Program-made: the position numbers and the translations under genes
In this document: positions 37,701 to 47,829 of the stretch, one piece after another
Layout of the letters: each line of letters begins with the position of its first letter
Numbering within the stretch: position 1 is the stretch's first letter
The notes under the pieces: model-generated
Told to the model about the DNA's origin: nothing
Databases searched by the model: none
Seen by the model: only the letters and a program-made list of their open reading frames with translations
Assembly (NCBI GenBank): GCA_038212275.1
Contig: JBBQUR010000014.1
Coordinates: 73,533 to 137,532 of the forward strand
Direction of reading: 5' to 3'
DNA: 64,000 bases
DNA from: Planctomycetota bacterium
Lineage (GTDB): Bacteria > Planctomycetota > B15-G4

Positions 37701-40526
37701 CACGGAAGCCAGCGCGCGCCCGGTGTGCGAGGCCTCCACCGCGAGCACCTGCTCCGGCGTGCCCACGGCCACGATGTGGCCGCCATCGCGGCCGCCCTCG
37801 GGGCCGAGATCCACGATCCAGTCCGCCACCTTCATCACGTCGAGGTTGTGCTCGACGACGATCATCGAGTTGCCGGCGTCGATGAGCCTCTGCAGCGCGG
37901 ACAGCAGCACGGCGACATCCTCGAAGTGCAGGCCCGTCGTCGGCTCGTCGAGGATGTAGAGCGTGCGCCCGGTGCTCGGCCGCGCGAGTTCGCTGGCCAG
38001 CTTCATGCGCTGCGCCTCGCCGCCGGACAGCGTCGTGGACGGCTGCCCGAGCTGCACGTAGCCGAGGCCGACGTCGAGCAGGGCGTCGAGGACGCGCCGG
38101 ATGCGCTTGTGATGCTCGAAGAAGGCGGCCGCCTCGGTGACGGTCATCGCCAGCACGTGGTCGATCGCCCGGCCGCGGTACAGGACCTCCAGCGTCTCGG
38201 TGTTGTAGCGGCGCCCCAGGCACTGCTCGCACGGCACCTCGACGTCCGCGAGGAACTGCATCTCGATGGTGTTCACGCCCGCGCCCTGGCAGGCCTCGCA
38301 GCGTCCGCCGGACACGTTGAACGAGAAGCGCCCCTTCGGATAGCCGCGCACCTGCGCTTCGGGCGTGCCGGCGAACACGTCGCGGATCAGGTCCATGAGG
38401 CCGGTGTAGGTGGCCGGGTTGCTGCGCGGCGTGCGGCCGATCGGCAGCTGGTCGATCTCCACGACCTTGTCGATGGCTTCGATGCCGGTCAGCGAGGAGA
38501 AGCTGCCCGGTGCGTCTTCCGCGTGGTGAAGCTTGCGCGCCAGCTCGCGCTTGAGCACGTGGTCCACCAGCGTGGACTTGCCCGAGCCCGACACCCCCGT
38601 GACCACCACGAGGCAGCCCAGCGGGAACTCGACGCTGATGTTCTTGAGGTTGAACTGATCCACGCCCGCGAGCGTCAGGAATTTGCCGTTGCCCGGGCGC
38701 CGCTGCGTCGGCACTTCGATGCGCCGGCGGCCGAGCAGGTAGTCGGTGGTCGGCGTGGGCGGACCGGCGAGCACATCGTCGATCGGGCCGCAGGCGAGCA
38801 CGTGGCCGCCGAGGCTGCCGGCGCCCGGCCCGAGATCCACGATGGAGTCGCTCGCGCGGATCGTCTCCTCGTCGTGTTCGACGACGAGCACCGTGTTGCC
38901 GCGATCGCGCAGCGCGTGCAGCGTGTCGATGAGCCGGCCATTGTCGCGCGGATGCAGGCCGATGGACGGTTCGTCGAGCACGTAGAGCACGCCCTGCAGG
39001 CCCGAGCCCACCTGGCTGGCCAGGCGCACGCGCTGGCTCTCGCCGCCCGAGAGCGAGCGTGCCTCGCGGTCGAGGCGCAGATACGGCAGCCCCACCGCCT
39101 GCAGAAAGCCGAGCCGGCTCCCGATCTCCTTGACGAGCTGGCGTCCGATGGCGGTCTCGCGCGGATTGAGTTCCAGCGCTGCGAACCACGCGACGGCATC
39201 CTCGACGGAAAGCGCGGCGAGCTCCGTGATGGGCACGTCGCGGAAAGTCACCGCGCGCGCCGCGGCATTCATGCGGCTGCCCTTGCACTCCGGACAGACG
39301 GCCGCGGAAAGAAAACGCTCCGCGGCCGCATGGCCGGGCGTGCTCGCTGCGCGTGCGATCGCGGGCAGGATGCCTTCGAAGGGCTTCGTGTCCTTGCCGC
39401 GCACCTCCTTGCCGCCGTCCTGCGACTTCCAGCTCCACTCGAGCGTGACCTCGCGCGTGCCCGATCCGTGCAGCAGCACGTGGCGCGCGCGCGCCGGCAG
39501 GTCCTTCCACGCCTTGTCCAGGTCGATGTCGAAGGCGGCGGCCACGGCCGCGAGGCTCTTCGGTCCCAGTCGCACGTAGCCGAGGTAGCCGCTGCGATCC
39601 ATGATCTTCAGCGCGCCGTTGCGGATGGACAGCCGGTCGTCGGCGATGAGCTTGTGCGCGTCGGGCTGCTGCGTGCTGCCGAGGCCGTCGCAGTCGGGAC
39701 ACGCGCCGTGAGGCGAGTTGAACGAGAACAGCCGGGGTTCCAGCTCCGGGAAGTCGCCGTGGCCGTCGGGGCAGGTGTTGGCGGTGGAGAAAGTCTCCGC
39801 GCTGCCGTCGTCGCCGCGCACGACCAGGAAGCCGTCGCCCAGCACGGCGGCGGATTCGATGGCCTCGGCGAGGCGCGCGCGGCGCTCGAGGTCGGGCTTG
39901 AGGCGGTCCACGACGAGCTCGATCGTGTGGCGGCTGTTGCGGGCCAGTTCGATCGGTTCGTCGAGGCGGCGCTCGGTGCCGTCGATCCACGCGCGCGTGA
40001 AGCCCTTGAGCAGCCAGCCCTGAAGATCCTTGCGGTACTCGCCCTTGCGATCGCGCACCACCGGCGCCAGCACGGCGATGCGCCGGCCGGCGTGCTTATG
40101 GAGGACGGTGTCCACGATCTGGTCGAGCGTCTGGCCCGAGACGCGCGCACCGCACTCGGGACAGTGCGGCGTGCCGAGTCGCGCATAGAGCAGGCGCAGG
40201 TGATCCCACACCTCGGTGATGGTGCCCACGGTCGAGCGCGGGTTCCTGTTCACCGTCTTCTGGTCGATGAGCAGCGTCGGCGAGAGGCCGTCGATGCGGT
40301 CGACCTTGGGCTTCTCCATGCGCCCGAGGAACTGCCGCGCGTAGGACGAGAGGCTCTCGACGTAGCGGCGCTGGCCCTCCTGGTAGATCGTGTCGAAGGC
40401 GAGACTGCTCTTGCCCGACCCGGACACGCCGGTGATGGTCGTGAGCGCGAGGCGCGGGATGGTCACGTCCACGTGCTGCAGGTTGTGCTCGCTCGCGCCG
40501 CGCACGACGATGTCGTTGAGCGTCAT
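34707..40526 (-). CDS. Tandem-duplicated UvrA (two complete UvrA-like modules, four ABC ATPase domains), 1939 aa
   Basis: Two repeats of GVSGSGKSSLAFDT...LSGGESQRVRLA...LYVLDEPSIGLH...GVSGSGKSTL...LSGGEAQR...LYILDEPTTGLH with Zn-finger CxxC pairs in each half; true start MTLNDIVV at complement 40526 (ATGA with suhB-like stop). Confidence 0.85.
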   Translation of the reverse strand: MTLNDIVVRGASEHNLQHVDVTIPRLALTTITGVSGSGKSSLAFDTIYQEGQRRYVESLSSYARQFLGRMEKPKVDRIDGLSPTLLIDQKTVNRNPRSTVGTITEVWDHLRLLYARLGTPHCPECGARVSGQTLDQIVDTVLHKHAGRRIAVLAPVVRDRKGEYRKDLQGWLLKGFTRAWIDGTERRLDEPIELARNSRHTIELVVDRLKPDLERRARLAEAIESAAVLGDGFLVVRGDDGSAETFSTANTCPDGHGDFPELEPRLFSFNSPHGACPDCDGLGSTQQPDAHKLIADDRLSIRNGALKIMDRSGYLGYVRLGPKSLAAVAAAFDIDLDKAWKDLPARARHVLLHGSGTREVTLEWSWKSQDGGKEVRGKDTKPFEGILPAIARAASTPGHAAAERFLSAAVCPECKGSRMNAAARAVTFRDVPITELAALSVEDAVAWFAALELNPRETAIGRQLVKEIGSRLGFLQAVGLPYLRLDREARSLSGGESQRVRLASQVGSGLQGVLYVLDEPSIGLHPRDNGRLIDTLHALRDRGNTVLVVEHDEETIRASDSIVDLGPGAGSLGGHVLACGPIDDVLAGPPTPTTDYLLGRRRIEVPTQRRPGNGKFLTLAGVDQFNLKNISVEFPLGCLVVVTGVSGSGKSTLVDHVLKRELARKLHHAEDAPGSFSSLTGIEAIDKVVEIDQLPIGRTPRSNPATYTGLMDLIRDVFAGTPEAQVRGYPKGRFSFNVSGGRCEACQGAGVNTIEMQFLADVEVPCEQCLGRRYNTETLEVLYRGRAIDHVLAMTVTEAAAFFEHHKRIRRVLDALLDVGLGYVQLGQPSTTLSGGEAQRMKLASELARPSTGRTLYILDEPTTGLHFEDVAVLLSALQRLIDAGNSMIVVEHNLDVMKVADWIVDLGPEGGRDGGHIVAVGTPEQVLAVEASHTGRALASVLLPRKASIRPKRKSPEAAVVGHDLVVRGASLHNLQSVDVTVPHGKLTVVTGPSGSGKTSLAFDTIFAEGQRRFVESLSTYARRFLERMDRPPVDSIDGLAPAIAIDQKTSTRNPRSTVATTTEVHDYLRLLFGRVGHPHCWTCGRELKAWSASAAAADLVARAGGAKVVIAAPLWSAEHNHRTALTRPDEIAALSAELRKDGFVRARLDGVEVRLDALPEVSAQRSVELIIDRTSADAAHRARLAEALASAQQRGLGLARAHLADGSTIDYEARAACARCGTALEGELSPRMFSFNSHAGACETCEGLGSKQVADEKRLIDSPGRPLFGGAMNSRVGKFLARPDSLQRQVLVRLAESMDVELRDPWKSLPAKFRAAALRGTGVRAPVEVSYARKSAGQSRSYEYRVEWDGLLTTVEGWWRSAGNDGWWQAALTELLHVGPCPSCKGGRLRPAALATTVGGLNIRQVAELTVGDARAWFDALDLPAHERHIAVDVLREIGNRLGFLVNVGLNYLSLDRPASTLSGGEAQRIRLASQLGNRLVGVLYVLDEPSIGLHPRDQGRLLDTLRELRDLGNTILVVEHDQQTIEAADHVIDVGPGAGTRGGRIVAQGTPSALLSNPDSVTGGWLSGALRVEPRARREPGAQGIELRGARLHNLAGLDVRFPAGLFTVVTGVSGSGKSSLVSGLLVPAVRAQLEGLGEGAIKLDGIDGASCFDRLLEIDQSPLGRSPTSNAATYCGAFDDIRALFASTPEARMRGFLAGRFSSNVAGGRCETCQGRGVEIIEMHFLSDVQLPCESCNGRRFNRQTLEVRWKGLSIADVLDLEVDQALGVFEGHTGIHRKLALFDEVGLGYLKLGQPATTLSGGEAQRVKLAAELGRPGTGRALIVLDEPTTGLHMSDVARLLVVLQRMVEQGNTVVVIEHNIDVIKSADWVIDLGPEGGAGGGQLVVAGSPETVAACAQSHTGRFLRAAPVLPGGVDAAAGLGKGRPRGRRGART

Positions 40527-41347
40527 GACGGCGTCCCCTGCGCGGGGGATCCGGCGGGCTGCCGGCCCGCGAGCACCGCGAGGATGTCCGCGTGCAGGCC
40601 GGGTCCGCAGGCCACGGCCGAGCGACCGTGCAACCAGTCGTCGCCACCGGTCATGTCGGTCACGAGGCCGCCGGCCTCGCGCACGAGCAGCGCTCCCGCC
40701 GCGACGTCCCAGGGCGAAAGGTGCGGCTCCCACAGGCCATCGAGCCGACCCGCGGCCACGTAGGCCAGGTCCAGCGCCGCGCTGCCGCAACGGCGCATGC
40801 CGCGCACGCGCAGCACCATGTCGGCGAAGTGCCCCACGTTGTTGTCGGCCAGTTCGCGGCGCTTGTAGGCGAAGCCCGTCGCGAGCACGCTCTCGATGAG
40901 CGTGCTCTTGCGCGAGACCGCGAGGCGACGGCCGTCCAGAGTCGCGCCAAGGCCTGCTGCCGCCGCGAAGGTCTCACGCAGGCGCGGCGCGTGGACGACC
41001 GCGGCCAACGGACGCGGCCCGTCGTAGCAGGCGATGGAGACCGCGAAGAAGGGGTGCGCCTGGCTGAAGTTCACCGTGCCGTCGAGCGGGTCGATGTACC
41101 AGGTCGGGCCGGCGAGCGCCGTGTCGTGCACTTCCTCCTCGGCGCAGATCGCGTGACCGGGCCAGCGGGCCCGCACGCGCTCCACGATGAGCCGCTCGGA
41201 CGCGACGTCCGCGTCGGTCACGGGATCGATCGCGCCCTTCATCCGCGGCGGCCGCGGAAAGGGAGCGTCGTGCGCCAGGAGCACCTCGCCCGCGGCGTGC
41301 GCCGTGTCGACGGCAAAGGCGAGAAGGGCTGCAGGATCGAGGCTCAC
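40523..41347 (-). CDS. Inositol monophosphatase family protein (SuhB-like)
   Basis: DPLDGT, WDVAAG motifs. Confidence 0.8.
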   Translation of the reverse strand: MSLDPAALLAFAVDTAHAAGEVLLAHDAPFPRPPRMKGAIDPVTDADVASERLIVERVRARWPGHAICAEEEVHDTALAGPTWYIDPLDGTVNFSQAHPFFAVSIACYDGPRPLAAVVHAPRLRETFAAAAGLGATLDGRRLAVSRKSTLIESVLATGFAYKRRELADNNVGHFADMVLRVRGMRRCGSAALDLAYVAAGRLDGLWEPHLSPWDVAAGALLVREAGGLVTDMTGGDDWLHGRSAVACGPGLHADILAVLAGRQPAGSPAQGTPS

Positions 41348-41354
41348 GGCGGTC

Positions 41355-42776
41355 TCAGGATCGATCGAAGAGGGCGCGACAGATCGAATCCTGGATCGCC
41401 TTCATCTGTCCGTTGTCGTACTTCGACTGGTAGTCGTTGATGAGGATGGAGAACGCATAGGTGCGTCCCGAGCGCGAACGCACATAGCCCGAAAGCGTCG
41501 ACACGCCATGGATGAAGCCGGTCTTTGCGCGGACCGCACCTCGGTAGGGTTCGTCGGTGAGGCGATTTTCGAGCGATCCGTCGCTGCCCGAGACGGGCAG
41601 CGCGCGCAGGTAGGTGTCGCGCACCGCCGCCGGCGCGTGCTCCATCGCCACCAGCGTGTCGGTGAGCAGCCGGGCCGTGACGCGATTGCCCGGCGAGAGT
41701 CCCGAGCCATCGCGCAGCACGACGCCCCCGAGCGGCGTGCCCACCTGCCGCGCCAGGAAGTCAGCCACCGCCGCCGTGCCGCTGGCGAACGAACCGACCT
41801 GACCGCCGCGCGCCCCGAGCAACTTCACCAGATGATCGCTGATCGAGTTGTCGCTTTCCTTGAGCGCGACCACGACCGCGTTGCCCAGCGGCGTCTCGAG
41901 CGACTGCAGCTGCACCGGATCCCGCAGCGCGGCCGCCGCGCCAGGACCGAAGGCCAGCCCGCCATCGATGACCAGGCCGCGTGCAGCCGCCTGCGCCAGC
42001 AGGCAACGCCCGGCGAAGTCCGACGGGTCATGCACCGGCACGCCGAAGTTGCGCAGACCCACGGAGCGCCCGATCTCGCCTTGCACGCGCACGACGCCCT
42101 GCTCGTCGGGAATCACCGCTCCGACCTTGCACAAGGTCGACTTGTCGGCGAGACGCAGCTCGTTGCGGATGCGGTACCCGCTCGCCTCCGTGATGAAGCG
42201 CACCGTCGGCGAGGCGCCGCCGTCCACCTGATATTCGAGCACGTTGCCGTGCAGCGACAGTGCCCCGATGGGAGCGCCGTACGTGGACTGCACGTCACCC
42301 GCCGGCCAGTCGGGGTGCACCCATTCGTGATCCATGAGACCGTCGTCGATGACCAGCCTGCCGGTGATGCGGCGCACGCCCGACAATTGCGCGAGATCGA
42401 TGAGCAGCGCGGCCGGATCCTTGACGCGTTCATGCGCCAGCAGGTCGGCGCGCAGGCACGGGTCACCGCCGCCGACGACGATGAGGTCGCCGTGCAGCAC
42501 CCCGTCCGCATCGGGGCGACTGGCGGCCACGAGGCGCGTCGTGAAGTGGTAGTCGGGTCCGAGCAGCGTGAGCGCGGCCGCCGTGGTGAGCAGCTTCATG
42601 TTGCTCGCCGGTGCCAGCGGCTCGTCGATGTGCCGCGCGAAGACGCGCTCTCCGGTGCTCGTGTCCACCACGGCGATCGCGACGTGGGCGCCCTTGAGCT
42701 CGGGCCGTCCGAGTGCCGCCTCGATGCTGTCTCCGGGAGCCGTCAGCGTGAGGCAGGTGAAGAGCAGCGCGAGCAT
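41355..42776 (-). CDS. dacB: D-alanyl-D-alanine carboxypeptidase/endopeptidase (PBP4, peptidase S13)
   Basis: Signal peptide; SNMK active-site motif (PASNMKLLT), SDN (ESDNSIS), KTG (AKTGFIHG). Confidence 0.85.
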   Translation of the reverse strand: MLALLFTCLTLTAPGDSIEAALGRPELKGAHVAIAVVDTSTGERVFARHIDEPLAPASNMKLLTTAAALTLLGPDYHFTTRLVAASRPDADGVLHGDLIVVGGGDPCLRADLLAHERVKDPAALLIDLAQLSGVRRITGRLVIDDGLMDHEWVHPDWPAGDVQSTYGAPIGALSLHGNVLEYQVDGGASPTVRFITEASGYRIRNELRLADKSTLCKVGAVIPDEQGVVRVQGEIGRSVGLRNFGVPVHDPSDFAGRCLLAQAAARGLVIDGGLAFGPGAAAALRDPVQLQSLETPLGNAVVVALKESDNSISDHLVKLLGARGGQVGSFASGTAAVADFLARQVGTPLGGVVLRDGSGLSPGNRVTARLLTDTLVAMEHAPAAVRDTYLRALPVSGSDGSLENRLTDEPYRGAVRAKTGFIHGVSTLSGYVRSRSGRTYAFSILINDYQSKYDNGQMKAIQDSICRALFDRS

Positions 42777-42832
42777 CGAACGTGTCCCCTGGCCGGAGGC
42801 GGGTCAATCGGCGAGCAGTGCCGGACGGCCCT

Positions 42833-43624
42833 TCAGCGGACCAGCGGCACGATCAGGCCATCTTCTGCCAGTGTCAGCCGTCCTTCAAATGCTGTCCGTG
42901 CCTGAAGCTCGATCGGTTCGGACAGAACCGGAGGGTAGAAGTGCGTGAGCAGCAGGTGCCGAGCGCCGCAGGCCCGCGCCACCCGCCCCGCCCGGGTGGG
43001 CGTCAGGTGCCCGTCGATCGGGCGATCGTCGGGCGCGGCGGCCTCAAGCACGAACAGGTCCGCCTCCCGTCCCAGAGCCTCCAGCGCCGCGCCCTCCGTG
43101 GCGTCCCCCGAGAAAGCGACGACAAGGCCGTCCGGCAGCGTGATCCGGTAGCCAAGCGAGCCGGCCGTGTGGGCGACCGCGAAGGCCTCCACGCGCGTGG
43201 CCGATGGCGAAGGCAGCGGCAGCGCCAGCGGCCCGGGGCCGACCGACCTGACGAGCAACTGGCGCTCGTCGAGTCCCAGCCGGCCGGGCCAGGCATTCCG
43301 CAGGCGCGACACGAGCAGTGCCACCGACGCATCACCCGCCACCACGAACGGATGCGGTCGCGACGCCAGCATCGGGTTGCGCAGCGCGAACTGCAGCGCG
43401 ACGAGGTCCGAGCAATGGTCCGGGTGCGTGTGCGTGATGAGGGCGGCATCCATGCTGTCCAGCGGATAACCGGCCTGCGCCGCGCGGTGCAGCGCGCCGG
43501 GCCCGAGGTCCACGAGCAGCACGAGGCCTGCGCCGTCGTCCACGAGGTAGCAACTCGTCGCGCGGTCGGCGCGTGGCAGCGCCGTGCCCGAGCCGAGGAC
43601 GATCAGCCGCGCCGTGCTGCCCAT
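42833..43624 (-). CDS. MBL-fold metallo-hydrolase
   Basis: ITHTHPDHCSDL (HxHxDH) motif; overlaps galE 3' end by ~22 bp. Confidence 0.7.
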   Translation of the reverse strand: MGSTARLIVLGSGTALPRADRATSCYLVDDGAGLVLLVDLGPGALHRAAQAGYPLDSMDAALITHTHPDHCSDLVALQFALRNPMLASRPHPFVVAGDASVALLVSRLRNAWPGRLGLDERQLLVRSVGPGPLALPLPSPSATRVEAFAVAHTAGSLGYRITLPDGLVVAFSGDATEGAALEALGREADLFVLEAAAPDDRPIDGHLTPTRAGRVARACGARHLLLTHFYPPVLSEPIELQARTAFEGRLTLAEDGLIVPLVR

Positions 43625-44559
43625 GCGTGCGCCACCATGGTGTCGATGTCGGTGAAGCGCGGCTGCCAGCGCAGTTCGCTGCGGGCACGCTCGGCGCGCG
43701 CGTAAAGCTCCGGCGGGTCGCCGGGCCGGCGCGGGCCGGTGCGCGTGGCCAGAGGCAGGCCCGTCACACGCCGCACGGCATCCAGCACCTCCTTCACCGA
43801 GAAGCCGCGGCCGTAGCCGAGGTTGGCCGTGAGCGACGGGCCGCCCGCGAGCAGCCGGTCCACGGCGAGCGCATGCGCCGCCGAGAGGTCCTCGACATGC
43901 ACGTAGTCGCGCACGCAGGTGCCGTCGGGCGTCGGATAGTCGTCGCCGTTGATGACGAGTTCGCTTCCGTCGCGCGCGGCAGCCAGCGCCAGCGGGATGA
44001 GATGGGTCTCGGGATCGTGCCGCTCCGCAAGCACGCCGTCGGCCGAGGCGCCTGCCGCATTGAAGTAGCGGAAGGTGACGTGCCGAAGCCCGGGCGCCGC
44101 CGCGATCTCGCGCTCCATGACGGACTTGGTCTCGCCGTAGACGTTGATCGGACGATGCGGCAGGTCCTCGTCCATGGGCAGCCGTTCGGGCATGCCGAAC
44201 ACGGCGCAGGTGGAGGAGAAGACGAGCTGTGAGCAGCCCGCCTCCGCCATGGCCGAGAGCAGCGAGCGCGTGCCGTCGCGATTGACGCGCCAGTAGAGCG
44301 CCGGATCCTCCATGGATTCGCCGACGTAGCAGCGCGCGGCGAAATGCAGCACACACTCGGCGTCATGTCGGCGCAGGCTGTCGGCCAGCAGGCGCGTGTC
44401 GAGGATGTCGCCCTGCACAAGCGGCACGTCGAGCAGTGCGTCCGCGTGTCCCTCGGAAAGGTCGTCGTAGGCGAGCACCGAGTGCCCCGCGCGCCGCAGT
44501 GCACGCACGACGTGACTGCCGATGTATCCCGCGCCGCCGGTCGCCAGCAATCTGCCCAC
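43603..44559 (-). CDS. galE: UDP-glucose 4-epimerase
   Basis: TGGAGYIGSH, YGETK catalytic motif, 318 aa. Confidence 0.85.
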   Translation of the reverse strand: MGRLLATGGAGYIGSHVVRALRRAGHSVLAYDDLSEGHADALLDVPLVQGDILDTRLLADSLRRHDAECVLHFAARCYVGESMEDPALYWRVNRDGTRSLLSAMAEAGCSQLVFSSTCAVFGMPERLPMDEDLPHRPINVYGETKSVMEREIAAAPGLRHVTFRYFNAAGASADGVLAERHDPETHLIPLALAAARDGSELVINGDDYPTPDGTCVRDYVHVEDLSAAHALAVDRLLAGGPSLTANLGYGRGFSVKEVLDAVRRVTGLPLATRTGPRRPGDPPELYARAERARSELRWQPRFTDIDTMVAHAWAARRG

Positions 44560-44754
44560 GAGCCGAGTCTAGCGGGCGCATCGCTCGCGGAAAACATTTC
44601 TCGCGGAGGTCCGAAGATCGGCCGCCGGCGACACGCCGATGCGTGCCGACAGCAGGCTCTTCCGCGCACGCTCATCGTGTACCATTGCCCCGCTTCCGGG
44701 CGCCTTTCACCGTGTGGCCCCGGCTCGTGACACGTCGCACCAGCGGAGACAACC

Positions 44755-45663
44755 ATGACCTCTTCCACCAGCGAAATACCCACGCTCGAAGGCCACCTCG
44801 ATGGCCTGCACCGGCTGCACAGCGGCAAGGTGCGGGACATCTTTGCCGTCGACGACCACCGCATGCTGCTCGTGGCCACGGACCGCGTGTCGGCCTACGA
44901 CGTTGTGCTCCCGCAGCGCATCGCCGACAAGGGCAAGGTGCTCACGAGCCTCAGCGCCTTCTGGTTCCGCGAGATCGGCACGCAGGTGCGCAATCACGTC
45001 ATCGAGACCGACGTGCACAAGATGCCGCCCGCCATCGCCCGCCACGCCGACCTGTTCGCCGGCCGCGCCATGCTGGTGCACAAGGCCGTGCCGATGAAGG
45101 CCGAATTCATCGTGCGCGGCTACCTCGTCGGGTCCGGCTGGACCGAGTACCAGAAGACGGGCTCGGTGTGCGGCCACGTGCTTCCCAAGGGTCTTGTCGA
45201 GGCCTCGCGCCTGCCCGAGCCGATTCTCACGCCCAGCACCAAGGCGCCGGCCGGTCATCACGACGAGAACATCACCATCCAGCAGCTGGCGCACATCGTC
45301 GGCGTGAAGGAGGCCAGCAAGGCCGGCGCGCTCGCGCTCGCGCTCTACAACCATGCGTCGGCCTACGCGGCCGAACGCGGCATCATCCTGGCCGACACCA
45401 AGCTCGAATTCGGCACCTTCAACGGCGAGGTCATGCTCATCGACGAAGTCTTCACGCCGGATTCCTCGCGCTACTGGGCGGCAAAGGACTGGAAGCCGGG
45501 CAAGACGCCTGCGAGCTACGACAAGCAGATCGTGCGCGACGCCCTGGTGGCCACCGGCTGGAACAAGCAGCCGCCCGCGCCCCTGCTCGCGCCCACCGTG
45601 CTGGAGCACGCCCGCAACCGCTACCTCGAAATTCACCGCCTGCTCACGGGACACGAACTCTGA
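44755..45663 (+). CDS. purC: Phosphoribosylaminoimidazole-succinocarboxamide synthase
   Basis: SGKVRDIF, long-form PurC (302 aa), ADTKLEFG. Confidence 0.95.
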   Translation: MTSSTSEIPTLEGHLDGLHRLHSGKVRDIFAVDDHRMLLVATDRVSAYDVVLPQRIADKGKVLTSLSAFWFREIGTQVRNHVIETDVHKMPPAIARHADLFAGRAMLVHKAVPMKAEFIVRGYLVGSGWTEYQKTGSVCGHVLPKGLVEASRLPEPILTPSTKAPAGHHDENITIQQLAHIVGVKEASKAGALALALYNHASAYAAERGIILADTKLEFGTFNGEVMLIDEVFTPDSSRYWAAKDWKPGKTPASYDKQIVRDALVATGWNKQPPAPLLAPTVLEHARNRYLEIHRLLTGHEL

Positions 45664-46172
45664 TGGCCATCCCCGATATCGTCTGGGTCCTCGGCAGCGA
45701 CAGCGACCTGCCCCACATCAGCGATGGGCTTGCCGCGCTCGCCGAACTCAACATCCTCACCGAAGTGCGCATCCTCTCGGCGCACCGCTCGCCCGATGCC
45801 GTGGATGAGCTGTCCCGCGGCGCACGCGCGCGCGGCGTCAAGGTGCTCATCGGCGTGGCGGGCGGCGCGGCGCACCTGCCGGGCGTGCTCGCGGCACGCA
45901 CCACGCTGCCGGTGATCGGCGTGCCCATCCCGACCGACATGGCGGGCGGCCTCGATTCGCTGCTGTCCATCGTGCAGATGCCTGCCGGCATCCCCGTGGC
46001 CACCGTGGCGGCGGGCAAGTCGGGCGGCCGCAATGCCGCACTGCTGGCGGCGCAGATCATCGGAGTCGCCGACGCACGCGTGGCGAAGGCGCTGGACTCG
46101 GCGCGCGCCGCGATGACGCAGAAAGTGCTTGCCCGCGACAAGGAAAAGGGTCTGCGCCTCGGCGCGGTCTGA
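45663..46172 (+). CDS. purE: N5-carboxyaminoimidazole ribonucleotide mutase
   Basis: LGSDSDL, AHRSPD, GVAGGAAHLPG motifs; TGATG overlap with purC. Confidence 0.9.
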   Translation: MAIPDIVWVLGSDSDLPHISDGLAALAELNILTEVRILSAHRSPDAVDELSRGARARGVKVLIGVAGGAAHLPGVLAARTTLPVIGVPIPTDMAGGLDSLLSIVQMPAGIPVATVAAGKSGGRNAALLAAQIIGVADARVAKALDSARAAMTQKVLARDKEKGLRLGAV

Positions 46173-46180
46173 ACGCTTCG

Positions 46181-47296
<1,116 letters not shown>

Positions 47297-47328
47297 GGGC
47301 AGCTTCTTGCCCGAAGGAGTTTTTCGTC

Positions 47329-47631
47329 ATGGCCACTTCGCCTCGAAAGAGCAAGCGCGTTCCCGGAACGCCCCCCAGCGCACGCGCTGATTCCGAGACG
47401 GCATCCACGCGCACCTCGTCGCGCTCGGCCAAACGCCGCAGCCCGAAGGAGCCGCCCGCGGACCCCGAGGTCCTCGAAGTGGAGCGCGTCGAGTTCCTGC
47501 GCGCGATGGACCGCTACAAGCGCAAGACCGGCAAGACCTTCCCCAGCTGGACGGAAGTGCTCGACGTGCTGCGCTCCATCGGCTGGAGTTCGCCGGCGCG
47601 CTTCGACGGCACGAGACACACGACGGGTTGA
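47329..47631 (+). CDS. Small basic hypothetical protein (100 aa)
   Basis: Good SD AAGGAG 7 nt upstream of ATG; Lys/Arg/Ser-rich N-terminus, conserved-looking C-terminal helix region EVLEVERVEFLRAMDRYKRKTGKTFPSW. Confidence 0.5.
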   Translation: MATSPRKSKRVPGTPPSARADSETASTRTSSRSAKRRSPKEPPADPEVLEVERVEFLRAMDRYKRKTGKTFPSWTEVLDVLRSIGWSSPARFDGTRHTTG

Positions 47632-47705
47632 GCGGCGGTGCGACGGCTTTGTTTCGCGGTCTCACCGGGGGTGCTGACCGCGCTGGGGCCGAGGAAGATG
47701 TGAGT

Positions 47706-47829
47706 CGCTTGGGGCGGGGGGTGCGCGGGGCGGGAGGATTGTCCGGCGCTGCGCCCCTGGGGCAACAGGACGCGTCATGGTTCCGGGAGCGGCGCCCTTC
47801 GCGCCGGACAAACCTCCCGTCCCGCGCAC
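47706..47829. repeat. Near-palindromic 109-125-bp element, copy A (29-bp imperfect terminal inverted repeats GTGCGCGGGGCGGGAGGATTGTCCGGCGC ... GCGCCGGACAAACCTCCCGTCCCGCGCAC)
   Basis: Read directly; reverse complement of copy A matches copy B with 2 mismatches over 109 bp; G-rich flank ggggcggggg extends the match. Confidence 0.8.

Noticed and set aside
34935-40763. 1942-aa plus-strand ORF mirroring the uvrA-duplication gene, and the 1137-aa plus-strand ORF (8224..11637) mirroring the molybdoenzyme
   Set aside because: Arg/Ala/Gly-rich, no motifs, exact antisense of genes with strong domain evidence. These are GC-skew artefacts.
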